The translations under genes were made by a program, and so were the position numbers. The notes under the pieces were generated by a model. The model worked only from the letters and a program-made list of their open reading frames with translations, did not search any database and was not told the origin of the DNA. 64,000 nt of DNA from Candidatus Enterousia sp. (GTDB lineage: Bacteria > Pseudomonadota > Alphaproteobacteria > Rs-D84): positions 5,919 through 69,918 of the forward strand of contig JAZTWA010000011.1 in the NCBI GenBank assembly GCA_045635585.1, written 5' to 3'. Positions 19,437-29,798 of this stretch are shown piece by piece. Within the stretch, counting starts at the first letter, position 1. Each line of letters starts with the position of its first letter.

Positions 19437-19912
19437 AACTTTATTACCAATTCTTGGGTTCGGACTTTGTCGCCATTGCTGGAATCAACGCGAACGTTTC
19501 CGGTTAATATAATTTTCTTTTGTGTGCGATTAAACTGGCCACGCTTTGCAGATATGTTGTCTGTTATTTTTGTCCCGTCTGATGTGCGACGTACAACGCC
19601 AGATACAGTATCTAAAAAGATTGTATCAGGATTTTCATATTCTTGATATCCTGTTTTTGCGCGAATTTCAAATGGTTCGCCGTTTTCGTCTGTGCCAACA
19701 AATGATGCACCAGACATTTTAAACTGGTTGCTGACAATATCTGTCATATTAATTGCGGATATCGGGGTCCATAATAGTTGTTTGGTAAATAGTGAACCCG
19801 CCACCAATGCGGCAACCATTACCAGCCCCCAGCCAGTAAAAAAGAATTGCCACAGGCGCTTTAATCGTCTGTGCTTTGACAGTATTATAAAATTACGTTT
19901 ATCTTTAATCAC
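19433..19912 (-). CDS. lptC: LPS export protein LptC (start uncertain)
   Basis: Single N-terminal TM and beta-jellyroll-like LTGNVRV; overlaps the lptB start. Confidence 0.7.
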   Translation of the reverse strand: MIKDKRNFIILSKHRRLKRLWQFFFTGWGLVMVAALVAGSLFTKQLLWTPISAINMTDIVSNQFKMSGASFVGTDENGEPFEIRAKTGYQEYENPDTIFLDTVSGVVRRTSDGTKITDNISAKRGQFNRTQKKIILTGNVRVDSSNGDKVRTQELVIKL

Positions 19913-19999
19913 GTTGGATAGTTTAGCGCGAGAATAATAAAAATGCAATTTTTATATTTATCTGGTGTTTTTTTTATGTTATAATACCAGACAAGAGAG

Positions 20000-20824
20000 A
20001 TGAAAAAATCCATACTTTTTTTTGTAGGTGTGTTTTTTGTCGCGCATAGTGCGGGATTGGCGGCTGTTGCAATAAAAAAAGCGGCTCCGGTTGCAACACA
20101 ACAGGCTGAAAAAATGGACAGTGCGGCCAGTTTGTTGGGGACTGTTGTTAATTTGGTGTCAACAGTTCAGCAATTAAATCAGCAACAAAAAGCGCTGACG
20201 GCAGAATGTGTGCCCAGCAACCAAGAAATTAATTTTGTGAATAAAATGGTCAAAGAATGGGCGATGACGGGTGCTTTGTCTGCGGACGAAGCGTTTACTG
20301 TATTGGGGGGTGTGCAGATGCGTTGTTCGCGTCCTGATGGTGAATACCAAGAATCTTTGAATGATGCGGCGGCATTAGATGATTTTAGTTTTGTTTGTTA
20401 TGATTATTTTGGGACGGCTGCAGATGAAGGTATGATTTGGGCGCGATATCCCAAGGCGGTCTTGGCATCGTATTGTAAAGATGGTTCTTTGACGTGCAAA
20501 GAAAAGATACAGGTTTCAAATGTTTATGATGTATTTAATCTGATTGATTTTGATGAAGTGGATTATTATGGAAATGAAGAAATAAAAATGGCCAGTGTTT
20601 TGATGGATAAAATTGAAAAGTGTTCAAATGCCAAGTTGAGTGCGCGTAAAAAAGCACTTTGGGGTGATTTTTTGGTTAATACAATGAGTGGGGTTGGTCA
20701 AAAAACAAATACTGGTAATATTATGCAGGCGGTTAGTGGTATAGCCGCGTCATCGGGTAATGGGGGCGGCGGTATGTTGCAGTCGTTAGGTGGGGTCGCA
20801 ACACAGATGTTATTGCCACAATAA
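20000..20824 (+). CDS. Secreted hypothetical protein
   Basis: Signal peptide, several Cys, Gly-rich C-terminus. Confidence 0.7.
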   Translation: MKKSILFFVGVFFVAHSAGLAAVAIKKAAPVATQQAEKMDSAASLLGTVVNLVSTVQQLNQQQKALTAECVPSNQEINFVNKMVKEWAMTGALSADEAFTVLGGVQMRCSRPDGEYQESLNDAAALDDFSFVCYDYFGTAADEGMIWARYPKAVLASYCKDGSLTCKEKIQVSNVYDVFNLIDFDEVDYYGNEEIKMASVLMDKIEKCSNAKLSARKKALWGDFLVNTMSGVGQKTNTGNIMQAVSGIAASSGNGGGGMLQSLGGVATQMLLPQ

Positions 20825-20889
20825 GATTTTCTTTAATTGTTTGAAAATTTGTTAATTTTTTCTTGATTTTTTCTATGTTTTTGGCTATT

Positions 20890-21003
20890 ATCGGGGCACG
20901 CACGTTGTGCGAAGAACACAACCGTTATGCAAAATTTCTGTCCAAATCATTGAATTTGGTCTGCGCATACGGCGAGGATAATAACAGAAAAAAGGATAAA
21001 ATC
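20890..21003 (+). promoter_or_regulatory. Probable rpsB (S2) leader
   Basis: Structured GC-richer 5' UTR (GTTGTG/CACAAC, CCGT.ATGC/GCATACGG) ahead of rpsB-tsf, where autoregulatory leaders are common. Confidence 0.45.
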
Positions 21004-21855
21004 ATGGCATTGCCAACATTTACAATGAAACAGTTGATGGAAGCTGGTGTACACTTTGGGCACCATACACGTCGCTGGAATCCGTTGATGACACCATACG
21101 TTTATGGCGTTAAAGATAAAATTCATATCATCAATTTGAATAAAACTGCACCGTTGTTGCATCGTTCTTTGGTTGCATTGGAAGCAATCGCAGCCGCAGG
21201 TGGTAAGGTTTTGTTTGTTGCAACAAAACATCAGGCCAAAGATATTGTTAAAGATGCGGCAGAACGCTGTGGTCAGTATTATGTAAACAACCGTTGGTTG
21301 GGTGGTATGTTGACAAACTGGACAACGGTTTCTCAGTCAATCCGTCGCTTGAAAAAAATGGAAGCAGATATCGAAAATGCAGAAAAATTGGGTCTGACCA
21401 AGAAAGAAGTTGGTGTTATGACCAAAGAAGTTGAAAAACTGCGCGGTATCTTTGGTGGTATTATGGATATGCATGGTACACCACAGGCAATGATTGTTAT
21501 CGATGTTCCACGTGAAATGAATGCGGTACGTGAAGCCAAGAACTTGGATATTCCAACAATTGCAATTTGTGATACAAATGCAAACCCAGAAATGGTTGAC
21601 TATCCTGTGCCTGGTAATGATGATGCCGCACGTGCGACACAATTGTATTGCGATTTGTTCGTAGATGCGATTTTGTCAGGTATCGAAAAACGCTTGGGCG
21701 GGGCAGCTGGTAAAAAAGTTGAATCTGATATGGCCGCCGAAGCAGCAGATGAATTGGAATCTGAAATCAAAGAAAAAGAATTGAAAATCAAATCCAAAAC
21801 ATCCGAAGCGCGCGCAGAACGTCGTGGCAAATTGGCCGATAAGGCAGATAAATAA
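21004..21855 (+). CDS. rpsB: 30S ribosomal protein S2
   Basis: EAGVHFGH, RWLGGMLTN, PGNDDA. Confidence 0.97.
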   Translation: MALPTFTMKQLMEAGVHFGHHTRRWNPLMTPYVYGVKDKIHIINLNKTAPLLHRSLVALEAIAAAGGKVLFVATKHQAKDIVKDAAERCGQYYVNNRWLGGMLTNWTTVSQSIRRLKKMEADIENAEKLGLTKKEVGVMTKEVEKLRGIFGGIMDMHGTPQAMIVIDVPREMNAVREAKNLDIPTIAICDTNANPEMVDYPVPGNDDAARATQLYCDLFVDAILSGIEKRLGGAAGKKVESDMAAEAADELESEIKEKELKIKSKTSEARAERRGKLADKADK

Positions 21856-21942
21856 TATCTGATAGTCTATAACATGGGGGCGATTGTCCCCATGTTGTAC
21901 AAAGAGTTTTAATTTTTAAATCATATACATGGGAGATTACAC

Positions 21943-22812
21943 ATGGCAGAAATTACAGCAAAATTAATTCAAGAATTGCGCGAAAAAACATCCGCAGGTA
22001 TGATGGATTGTAAAAAAGCCTTGATGGAAAATGATGGTGATATCCAAGCGGCAGCAGATTGGTTGCGTCAGAAAGGTATTGTAAAGGCGGCGTCCAAAGC
22101 AGGTCGTGTCGCGGCATCAGGTTTGGTAACAGTTGTAAAATGCGATAATATGGGCTGTGTTGTCGAAGTTAATGCAGAAACAGACTTTGTTGCAAAAAAT
22201 GAAAAATTCCAGAAATTGGTTGCAGATGTTGCTGCAAAAGCTTTGGAATTGAATGGTGATTTTGATGCAACAATGGATGCAGTTAAAGATGATATTGCGG
22301 CAACAATTTCAACAATTGGTGAAAATATGAACTTGCGTCGTGTTGCCAAAGTTAATGGCGATAAGATTTTTGCATACGTTCATAATGCATTGGTCCCAGG
22401 TATGGGGCAAATTGGTGTTGCAGTTGCAATTAATGGTTCTGATGCGAAAATTGACGAAGTTGGTTCCAAAGTTGCAATGCACGTTGCAGCATCAAAACCA
22501 GAATTTATGACAATTGCAGATGTTAACCCAGAAGCGGTTGAACGTGAAAAGAAAGTCTTTGTTGAATCTGGTGCAACTGCGGGTAAACCTGAAAATATCG
22601 TTGAAAAAATGGTTATGGGTCGTATTCAGAAATATTATGGTGAATCTGTATTAGAAGAACAACCATTTGTTATGGATCCTTCGAAAACTGTAAAACAAGT
22701 TATTGACGAAGCAGGTGGTAAGTTGGCCGGCTTTGCGTACTTTGTTTTGGGTGAAGGTATCGAAAAACGCGAAGATAATTTGGCGGACGAAGTTGCCAAA
22801 ATGTTGGGATAA
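21943..22812 (+). CDS. tsf: Elongation factor Ts
   Basis: LREKTSAGMMDCKKAL, ETDFVAKN. Confidence 0.97.
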   Translation: MAEITAKLIQELREKTSAGMMDCKKALMENDGDIQAAADWLRQKGIVKAASKAGRVAASGLVTVVKCDNMGCVVEVNAETDFVAKNEKFQKLVADVAAKALELNGDFDATMDAVKDDIAATISTIGENMNLRRVAKVNGDKIFAYVHNALVPGMGQIGVAVAINGSDAKIDEVGSKVAMHVAASKPEFMTIADVNPEAVEREKKVFVESGATAGKPENIVEKMVMGRIQKYYGESVLEEQPFVMDPSKTVKQVIDEAGGKLAGFAYFVLGEGIEKREDNLADEVAKMLG

Positions 22813-22950
22813 TTATTCTGATCTTTTCGTAAAACATATAAAACGACCCCATTTGGGGTCGTTTTATTGTTTTGAGTTTGTTTTTTGTGCTTTACTAATT
22901 TTGTAAAAAAACGTATAATACAAGAGATTAAACAAGGAAAGGTTTGGCCA

Positions 22951-24597
22951 ATGAATAAAAAATCTGGGGTTGCAACATGGGTTGTGTCGCGTATGTTGAT
23001 TATGGCGGGGGTCGCGATGATGGCGGCATGTGCCAAGACGTCGAACAATGATATGATGTATATGGCCGGTGGTCCAACACCAACGGTTGATTATGTCGAA
23101 TCGTTGGATGTTTATTCCGCACCACATCAGGATTCTTTTTTGAACCAGTTGGCGATGAATTATCGTTCGTATGCGATATATAATGCACGTACTAGCGGAT
23201 ATTCCGATATGGGTGAGTTATTCGCAAACAAGGCGGTCGCTGCATTCAGTGGTGAAGTGCCGTTCCCAGAATCTTTGGATAATTGGCCTGTGGAAAATGA
23301 ACAGGAAGCATTTGAATTATATACTGCATATAATAATTTGATGGATCAATTGAAAAATGATGCGTCGTATGCGAATCCTGAATTGGCCGCAGAAGCCCAG
23401 GCAAAGTTTGATTGCTGGTTGTCGGCCAGTGCAAGTGGCCAATTTGCAACCGCACAACAATGTCGCGATAGATTCGAAAAAACAATGAATGCATTGGCAA
23501 ATTGTGGTGGTGGACGTGTTGTGCAAAATTCACAACAGGTTACAGAAGAAACAACAGTTGTAACCGATGGTAATACAGTTATCGAAACAACAACACAGCG
23601 CAGTGCCGGAAAGTTTTATCCTGATACACGTAATATGGCCGCAGTCAAGGGAGCCAGTGGGGCGCGCGAAGGTGTAATTGTTGTAAATAATGTTAATGTG
23701 CCAGAACATTTGATTAATCCTGTGCCGGTTCAGCCGATGGTATTCAACCAGAATATTTATGGTGGGGATAAAAGCGTTACACGCAGCGTAAGTGATAATA
23801 GTATTAAAAATAGCAATAATAACTTGACGGCCACAACCGATTGCCCAAATGGTGATGCACAATGTGCGCCAGTTGCTCCTGTCGCAGAAGCGGCCCAGCC
23901 ACAGATGCTTGCTGTTATGGTGACAGAAAAAGAACAGGCGCCGGTTGTTTGTCCAGAATGTGAAAAGTCTGCAGGATCTCAGCCTGTTATTCAGCAAATA
24001 CCAATGATTGGTGATGAATTGGTTACACGTGATGAATTCATTAATATGATGATGGCAATGCGTCAAGAATTGGCTGCGATTAATGAAAGATTGGATAAAT
24101 TGCAGGCCGCTGCGGGTGAAAAAACAATGATTAAGGTTCAACAGATTCCATTGGAACCAACCCAGCATGTTATGGAAGAAGTTTTTGAAGTGCGATTCGA
24201 TTTTAACAAAGCTACAATTAAGCCTGAATATCAAGAATTGATTCAAAAATTGGCATCTGCAACCCAAGAAAATAAAAATATCAAGGTGTCGGTTGTTGGG
24301 CATACTGATACAGCAGGTTCCAGCAATTATAACTATGCTTTGGGTGGACGTCGTGCCGAAGCGGTACAAAAAATGCTGATTAAATATGGAATACCGGCCA
24401 GTCAAATTGTCGCCGTTTCTGCGGGCGAAGAAGATTTAGCTGTTCCAACACCAGATAATACACCAAATGCGGCAAATCGCCGTGTGCGTGTTGTTAAAGA
24501 AGTTCACTATACCGAACCTGCAAAGCCTGTACCAGTTGAAATATCGGTCGAAGAATATGCGGATGCGACGTGTGGTGAATATGGTTGTGAACAGTAA
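22951..24597 (+). CDS. OmpA-family lipoprotein
   Basis: Lipobox MAAC, AQAKFDCW N-domain, and a C-terminal OmpA domain (FDFNK, GHTD, NRRV). Confidence 0.85.
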   Translation: MNKKSGVATWVVSRMLIMAGVAMMAACAKTSNNDMMYMAGGPTPTVDYVESLDVYSAPHQDSFLNQLAMNYRSYAIYNARTSGYSDMGELFANKAVAAFSGEVPFPESLDNWPVENEQEAFELYTAYNNLMDQLKNDASYANPELAAEAQAKFDCWLSASASGQFATAQQCRDRFEKTMNALANCGGGRVVQNSQQVTEETTVVTDGNTVIETTTQRSAGKFYPDTRNMAAVKGASGAREGVIVVNNVNVPEHLINPVPVQPMVFNQNIYGGDKSVTRSVSDNSIKNSNNNLTATTDCPNGDAQCAPVAPVAEAAQPQMLAVMVTEKEQAPVVCPECEKSAGSQPVIQQIPMIGDELVTRDEFINMMMAMRQELAAINERLDKLQAAAGEKTMIKVQQIPLEPTQHVMEEVFEVRFDFNKATIKPEYQELIQKLASATQENKNIKVSVVGHTDTAGSSNYNYALGGRRAEAVQKMLIKYGIPASQIVAVSAGEEDLAVPTPDNTPNAANRRVRVVKEVHYTEPAKPVPVEISVEEYADATCGEYGCEQ

Positions 24598-24616
24598 TTT
24601 TTGTTGACAATATTAC

Positions 24617-24645
24617 TTGACAAAAAGTTTTTGCTGGTATATATT
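24617..24645 (+). promoter_or_regulatory. Sigma70-type promoter of the small ORF
   Basis: TTGACA-N17-TATATT. Confidence 0.6.
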
Positions 24646-24683
24646 GTTGGCGTCAGAGAGATGTTTTTAAAGAGGCATTTGAA

Positions 24684-24851
24684 ATGACTGATATGGTAAA
24701 AAAATTTAATATTGGTGCGGCAGCTCTGGGACAGGGTGATGCCAAAGCACGTGGATTCAAAAAAGGTGTCGAAGCGATTAATTTGGCTGCAATCTTTCAG
24801 GCGCGTGGAATCACATTTGGTGCACCAGATATGACGGGTAATGAAATGTAA
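24684..24851 (+). CDS. Small protein (55 aa), not in the ORF track
   Basis: MTDMVKKFNIGAAALGQGDAKARGFKKGVEAINLAAIFQARGITFGAPDMTGNEM; AGAGG RBS, own promoter and terminator. Confidence 0.65.
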   Translation: MTDMVKKFNIGAAALGQGDAKARGFKKGVEAINLAAIFQARGITFGAPDMTGNEM

Positions 24852-24870
24852 TTTCTGGTCGATACAATTG

Positions 24871-24905
24871 AAAAAAAGACCGCGGGATTTCTGCGGTCTT
24901 TTTTT
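24871..24905 (+). terminator. Intrinsic terminator
   Basis: AAAGACCGCGG-GATTT-CTGCGGTCTTTTTTT. Confidence 0.75.
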
Positions 24906-24944
24906 GTATGTTTGTAAAAAAAAATGCCCATTCGGGCATATTTT

Positions 24945-25397
24945 TTAAAATGGAATATCATCGCCAATTTCGGCCACAGATATTTCTTCGCGTGGTTGGG
25001 GGGCAGATGGTGCGCCATAATCGCCGGATGTGCCATCTACGGCTTTTGAGCCACTTAAAATAACCATTTGGCCAGCAAATTGGTTTAATACAACTTCGGT
25101 TGTAAAGACGTCTGCGCCTTGTTGGTTTTGCCATTTGCGTGTACGCAATGAACCTTCGAGATATAATTTTGTGCCTTTTTGTAACATGCGTTCTGCAACT
25201 TCGACCAAGTTTGGGTTAAAGATAACAACGCGATGCCATTCGGTTTGTTCTTTTTGTTCGCCTGTTGCGCGGTCGCGCCAACGATCAGATGTTGCCAATG
25301 AAAAACTGACTACTTTTTGACCGCTGCCCATTGTGCGAACCTGGGGTTCTTGGCCAATATTGCCGACCAATATTACTTTATTAATGCTGCCTGCCAT
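24945..25397 (-). CDS. ssb: Single-stranded DNA-binding protein
   Basis: SINKVILVGN, TEWHRVV, C-terminal DDIPF. Confidence 0.97.
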   Translation of the reverse strand: MAGSINKVILVGNIGQEPQVRTMGSGQKVVSFSLATSDRWRDRATGEQKEQTEWHRVVIFNPNLVEVAERMLQKGTKLYLEGSLRTRKWQNQQGADVFTTEVVLNQFAGQMVILSGSKAVDGTSGDYGAPSAPQPREEISVAEIGDDIPF

Positions 25398-25480
25398 ATC
25401 ACTTCCTTTGGTTTTTGTTTTTTATGTGTTCATTTGACCAAGATTGGCAGAAAAATGCAAGGGATTTTTATTGTTTTTAT

Positions 25481-27325
25481 TTAAAAAGCAATTTTATGTT
25501 TTGATACAAAATATATTTCGTCTGTGCCATATGCATTATCGACAAATCCCATTGTCATATTTTTATATGTAATATTGTATTCAAAAGATGGGTTGCCAGA
25601 TATGTCAACTTTATAATTTTGGAATATATATTCACCATTATTTGCGCGTCCGCTTGGTGTGTGCAGGTACATGTTGCCATTTATTATTGTTTCGGGTATG
25701 CCAATTGATAATTTAAAATCGCCATGTTTTATACCAAATGTTGCTGTCGTAGAATATATATCTGAAAATTTAGTTATGATTGATTCCGTAGATGCTTTTG
25801 GTGCACTGTGTCCGATGCTTGCGTTAAAAAATATTGTGTTGTTTCCAAATTCAAATTCGTCAGATATTCCGATAAATTGTGTTTGGTTGTTATTTTCGGT
25901 TTGTAAAAAACCGGCACCCGATAATAGTTTGCTGTTACGAAAACCAAATGTGATATTTTTAAATTCTGCGACATTTAAATTTGTATCACGTATGTGGTCC
26001 ATACCGATGCTACGATTTTTGATTTTGATGTTATTGTTCATCTGTGTGTCAAATGCGCGTCCAAAGGAATCAATAAATGAAAATTTTAGGTTCTTGGATT
26101 TGATTCCATGTCCGATTGGCGCGCTGACACGTGCGGTATTTAAAGAAACTGTCATTTGTTCTGATATTGGTACCAGTGTTGCACCGACGGGGCGGGTGGC
26201 TGCTTCTAGGTCTAGCATGCCATGTCCGTATATTTTATCAATACCCGTTTCGCCCAAATCGCGTGCGGTTGCAAATAATAATTTTGTGATTTCTGTTGAT
26301 TTCATGTATGGAAATGCTTCGCGAATAACAGCGATTGCGGCCGATACGATTGGTGCGGCAAAGCTGGTACCGTTCAATGGGTCTGATGATACAGGGGAAT
26401 CAATGTTGGCGCCAGGGGCAGTTATACAATAATCTTTTGTTATTCCACATGCGTTACTGAATGTCGCGAGTTTTCCGGCTTCACTGTCCCATGCGACAAC
26501 ATTTACAATATGGCCGTTTAATTCTGATACGTGTAATGGTATTGATGATAATGCACTGGATTGTGCAGAAAAATCATTGCCGGCCGCCCATACAAATATC
26601 GCGTCATTGTTTTTTGCAACGTTTGTCAGTGTGTTGATAAAGTGTGTGCTGGTTATGCGTTCGATGTCGCGTTTGTTTTTTATTTGTGTGGCCAAAAGAC
26701 TGGATGACCAGCTGAAGTTGTATATGTTGGCGCCACTGGCGGATTGAATTGTGTCGGCGATTTCGTCGTATGATACAAAGTTGTCGTATCTATCAGATAT
26801 TTGATATGATTTAACTGTTGCATCGGGGGCAATATGACCAGATGATAGGTGTGCGACATTTTTGCCATGCCATGTGTTCTTTCCAGAATCCAGTACAGCA
26901 ATGGTTGAATTTTTTCCGGTAAAGCCACGTGCCAATGAATATGCCAAACGTATATCGTTATATTCATTGAAATTTCGTGAATATTCTGATTTGTGTATAA
27001 TTGATGACAAGTGTGCAGAATCAATATCAGAACCAACCATGTTATATGTTTGTAATGTTGGTTGGGCGGTTGATTTTTTTTCTGTGTCAGATGATGATTT
27101 TGATAGCAAAGCGATTGTGCCACCAATTACAGCCAGTGCGCCACCACCAATCGCGGCAGTTGTTGCAAATGATAATTTTGAATCTTGTGAATCTGGTATG
27201 TTGTTGCTACATTCGTCCGGATTGTATCGACGGTATATTTCATCGCCACAATCATTGGCAAATACAGGCATGCATGTAACAAGCATGCATAGAAAAACTG
27301 ATAAAAATCTGAACGTTTTATTCAT
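25481..27325 (-). CDS. Secreted S8 (subtilisin-like) serine protease with probable C-terminal beta domain
   Basis: VLDSG, HG, AAGN, GTSFAAP catalytic set; signal peptide; terminal F. Confidence 0.88.
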   Translation of the reverse strand: MNKTFRFLSVFLCMLVTCMPVFANDCGDEIYRRYNPDECSNNIPDSQDSKLSFATTAAIGGGALAVIGGTIALLSKSSSDTEKKSTAQPTLQTYNMVGSDIDSAHLSSIIHKSEYSRNFNEYNDIRLAYSLARGFTGKNSTIAVLDSGKNTWHGKNVAHLSSGHIAPDATVKSYQISDRYDNFVSYDEIADTIQSASGANIYNFSWSSSLLATQIKNKRDIERITSTHFINTLTNVAKNNDAIFVWAAGNDFSAQSSALSSIPLHVSELNGHIVNVVAWDSEAGKLATFSNACGITKDYCITAPGANIDSPVSSDPLNGTSFAAPIVSAAIAVIREAFPYMKSTEITKLLFATARDLGETGIDKIYGHGMLDLEAATRPVGATLVPISEQMTVSLNTARVSAPIGHGIKSKNLKFSFIDSFGRAFDTQMNNNIKIKNRSIGMDHIRDTNLNVAEFKNITFGFRNSKLLSGAGFLQTENNNQTQFIGISDEFEFGNNTIFFNASIGHSAPKASTESIITKFSDIYSTTATFGIKHGDFKLSIGIPETIINGNMYLHTPSGRANNGEYIFQNYKVDISGNPSFEYNITYKNMTMGFVDNAYGTDEIYFVSKHKIAF

Positions 27326-27494
27326 GATTTTTCCTTTGTTGACGGTATAAACACCACCACACTATTAATATAGTACAAACAAAACGTTTGTCAAGCAATT
27401 GAAGGATAGTAATATAATTGTTTGGTTTTCTTGCAAGGGGGCAAAAATCATGTTATGATTTTGTCGATAAATAATGAAAAACGGGGATTGTGTT

Positions 27495-28703
27495 ATGCAA
27501 AATGATTTGTTGCGTGAATTAGAAGCGCGCGGTTTTATCAATCAGGCGTCAAATATGGATGGGTTAAATGATGCATTAAATGCGGGGCGCGTTACGGCAT
27601 ACTGGGGTACGGATCCAACCGGCGATTCGTTACACGTTGGACATTTGGCATCTTTGATGTTGATGCGTTGGTTTCAGAAATATGGACATCGTCCAATTAC
27701 ATTGGTTGGTGGGGCGACTGGCCGTATTGGCGATCCGTCGGGTCGTGATAAGGGACGTCCAATGTTGACAGATGAACAGATTGAAAAAAATTGTGCTGGT
27801 TTGCGTAAGTCTATTGCGAAATTTATTAGTTTTGATGGCGATGATGCGATTATGGTTGATAACTATGATTGGATGCGTGGATATAGTCATTTGGATTTTT
27901 TGCGTGATTTTGGAACTGATTTTACTGTACCGCGTATGTTGTCAATGGAATCAGTAAAGCGCAGATTGGATAATGGTATGACGTTCTTGGAATTCAATTA
28001 TATGACTTTTCAGGCGGTTGATTTCTTGGAACTTTATAAAAAATATAATTGTACTCTGCAATTCTGTGGTGCAGATCAGTGGGGTAATTCAATCATGGGA
28101 ATTGAATTGATTCGTAAAAAGTTGGGTAAAGAAGCATTTGTGTTATCTACATCACTGATTACGGATGCAAATGGTAACAAAATTGGAAAATCTGCGGGAA
28201 ATGCGGTTTGGGTAAATGAAGATAAGACGTCGCCATATGAATACTATCAATATTTTAGAAATATTTCTGATGATTTGGTGGATACGTTCTTAAAAATATT
28301 TACAGAAATACCATTGGATGAAATTGCAAAATTGTCTGCATTACAGGGGGCAGAATTAAATGAAGCCAAAAAGGTTTTAGCATTTGCGGCAACGGAAATA
28401 GCGCATGGTCGTGATGCGGCCCAGGCGGCGGCGGATACTGCGGCGGCTTTGTTTGGGGGTGGTGCAAATCTTGAAAATATGCCAAGTGTTTCAATTGATA
28501 TGCCATCTGATATGGGGGTTTTGGACTTTTTATGTGCTGCGGGCTTGTTCGCATCAAAATCAGAAGCAAGACGTATGGTCGAACAGGGTGGAATTCAAAT
28601 TGATGGAAGTAAAGTAACCGACCCAAAATCTGTGATCGGTATGGCAGATGAATTTATGGTACAAAAAGGTAAAAAAACTTTCTTGAAAGTATTAAAAAAG
28701 TAA
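27495..28703 (+). CDS. tyrS: Tyrosyl-tRNA synthetase
   Basis: DPTGDSLHVGH, GADQWGN, KIGKS, S4-like tail. Confidence 0.97.
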   Translation: MQNDLLRELEARGFINQASNMDGLNDALNAGRVTAYWGTDPTGDSLHVGHLASLMLMRWFQKYGHRPITLVGGATGRIGDPSGRDKGRPMLTDEQIEKNCAGLRKSIAKFISFDGDDAIMVDNYDWMRGYSHLDFLRDFGTDFTVPRMLSMESVKRRLDNGMTFLEFNYMTFQAVDFLELYKKYNCTLQFCGADQWGNSIMGIELIRKKLGKEAFVLSTSLITDANGNKIGKSAGNAVWVNEDKTSPYEYYQYFRNISDDLVDTFLKIFTEIPLDEIAKLSALQGAELNEAKKVLAFAATEIAHGRDAAQAAADTAAALFGGGANLENMPSVSIDMPSDMGVLDFLCAAGLFASKSEARRMVEQGGIQIDGSKVTDPKSVIGMADEFMVQKGKKTFLKVLKK

Positions 28704-29776
28704 TGAAGAAAATTGTTTTATTTTTTTCTTTGTTCTTTTTAATTTCTGGACCAGTGTTTGGGGCCAGTGAATTGTCCAAAATAAATGCACAGATAAAACA
28801 AACAGAACAGCAGAATAAAAAATTAGAACAACAAGTTCAGACGTCTGAACGTGAGGTGTCGCGTACAAAAAAAGATTTGGTTCGGGCTGCAGATAGGGTT
28901 AATGCCTTGGAAGAACAACGCGCAGAAATGGCGAAAAAAATTGCAGAATTAGATAATAGACGTGAAAAAATTGAATTTGATATGGAACAAAATAGAGAAC
29001 GTATTGCGGATTCTGCTGCGGGGATTTTATTTGTGGCATCTCACCCAAGTTTCGATTCGGATAGTATGCGTGAATATGTTCTGATGTCTGCGGTTTTATC
29101 AGGAATGGCGAATCGGTTTGATGCAGAAATCGAATTGGCGGAAAATCAAATCAAAGAATTGGAAAAAATTCGTGATGTGCGTGCAACGGAAAAAGAAAAG
29201 TTGGATCGTACCGCGCAAAGATATGCAAATGAAAAAAAGCAGTTGGATCAATTGTTGCGAACACGCAGTGCGCAAAATGAAAAATTAAAAAGTCAGCATT
29301 CGGCATTACAAAAGAAATTACGTGATTTGTCGGCACGTGCAAAAAGTATATCTGAATTGTCGGCGGGGGTCGGCAGTTCGGAAATGTCGCAAGATGCACG
29401 TTTTTCAAAGCGTAAATTAAATCTGCCTGTGCGTGGACGTATTGTTGTTCGGTTTGGTGAAAAGACGGCATTGGGATTGGTGTCTGATGGGTGGCGCGTG
29501 CGTACGCGTGGTGATGCGATGGTTATGGCGCCTGCTGATGGTGTGGTGAAATTTGCAGACAGTTTTCGTGGTTTTGGTCGTGTTGTAATTATGTCACATA
29601 AAAATGGTTATAATACGGTGATGACAAATTTGGGTAATATTGATGTTATGTTGGGGCAAGAAGTTTTAGCAGGTGAACCGATTGGACGTATGAATCCAGA
29701 TAAACCAGAAATGTATTTAGAGGTTCGTCGTGGAAATAAGGCGGTAGATCCGGCAAGATTGTTTAATGAAAAATAA
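28703..29776 (+). CDS. envC: EnvC-like murein hydrolase activator (M23 domain)
   Basis: Signal peptide, long coiled coil, and a degenerate M23 domain (APADG, YLEVR, VDP). Confidence 0.85.
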   Translation: MKKIVLFFSLFFLISGPVFGASELSKINAQIKQTEQQNKKLEQQVQTSEREVSRTKKDLVRAADRVNALEEQRAEMAKKIAELDNRREKIEFDMEQNRERIADSAAGILFVASHPSFDSDSMREYVLMSAVLSGMANRFDAEIELAENQIKELEKIRDVRATEKEKLDRTAQRYANEKKQLDQLLRTRSAQNEKLKSQHSALQKKLRDLSARAKSISELSAGVGSSEMSQDARFSKRKLNLPVRGRIVVRFGEKTALGLVSDGWRVRTRGDAMVMAPADGVVKFADSFRGFGRVVIMSHKNGYNTVMTNLGNIDVMLGQEVLAGEPIGRMNPDKPEMYLEVRRGNKAVDPARLFNEK

Positions 29777-29798
29777 AAAAGGTCCCAATTTGGGGCCT

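Noticed and set aside
23530-24405. Long antisense ORFs (also 25659..26432 and 47832..48512)
   Set aside because: Shadows of well-supported genes on the opposite strand.
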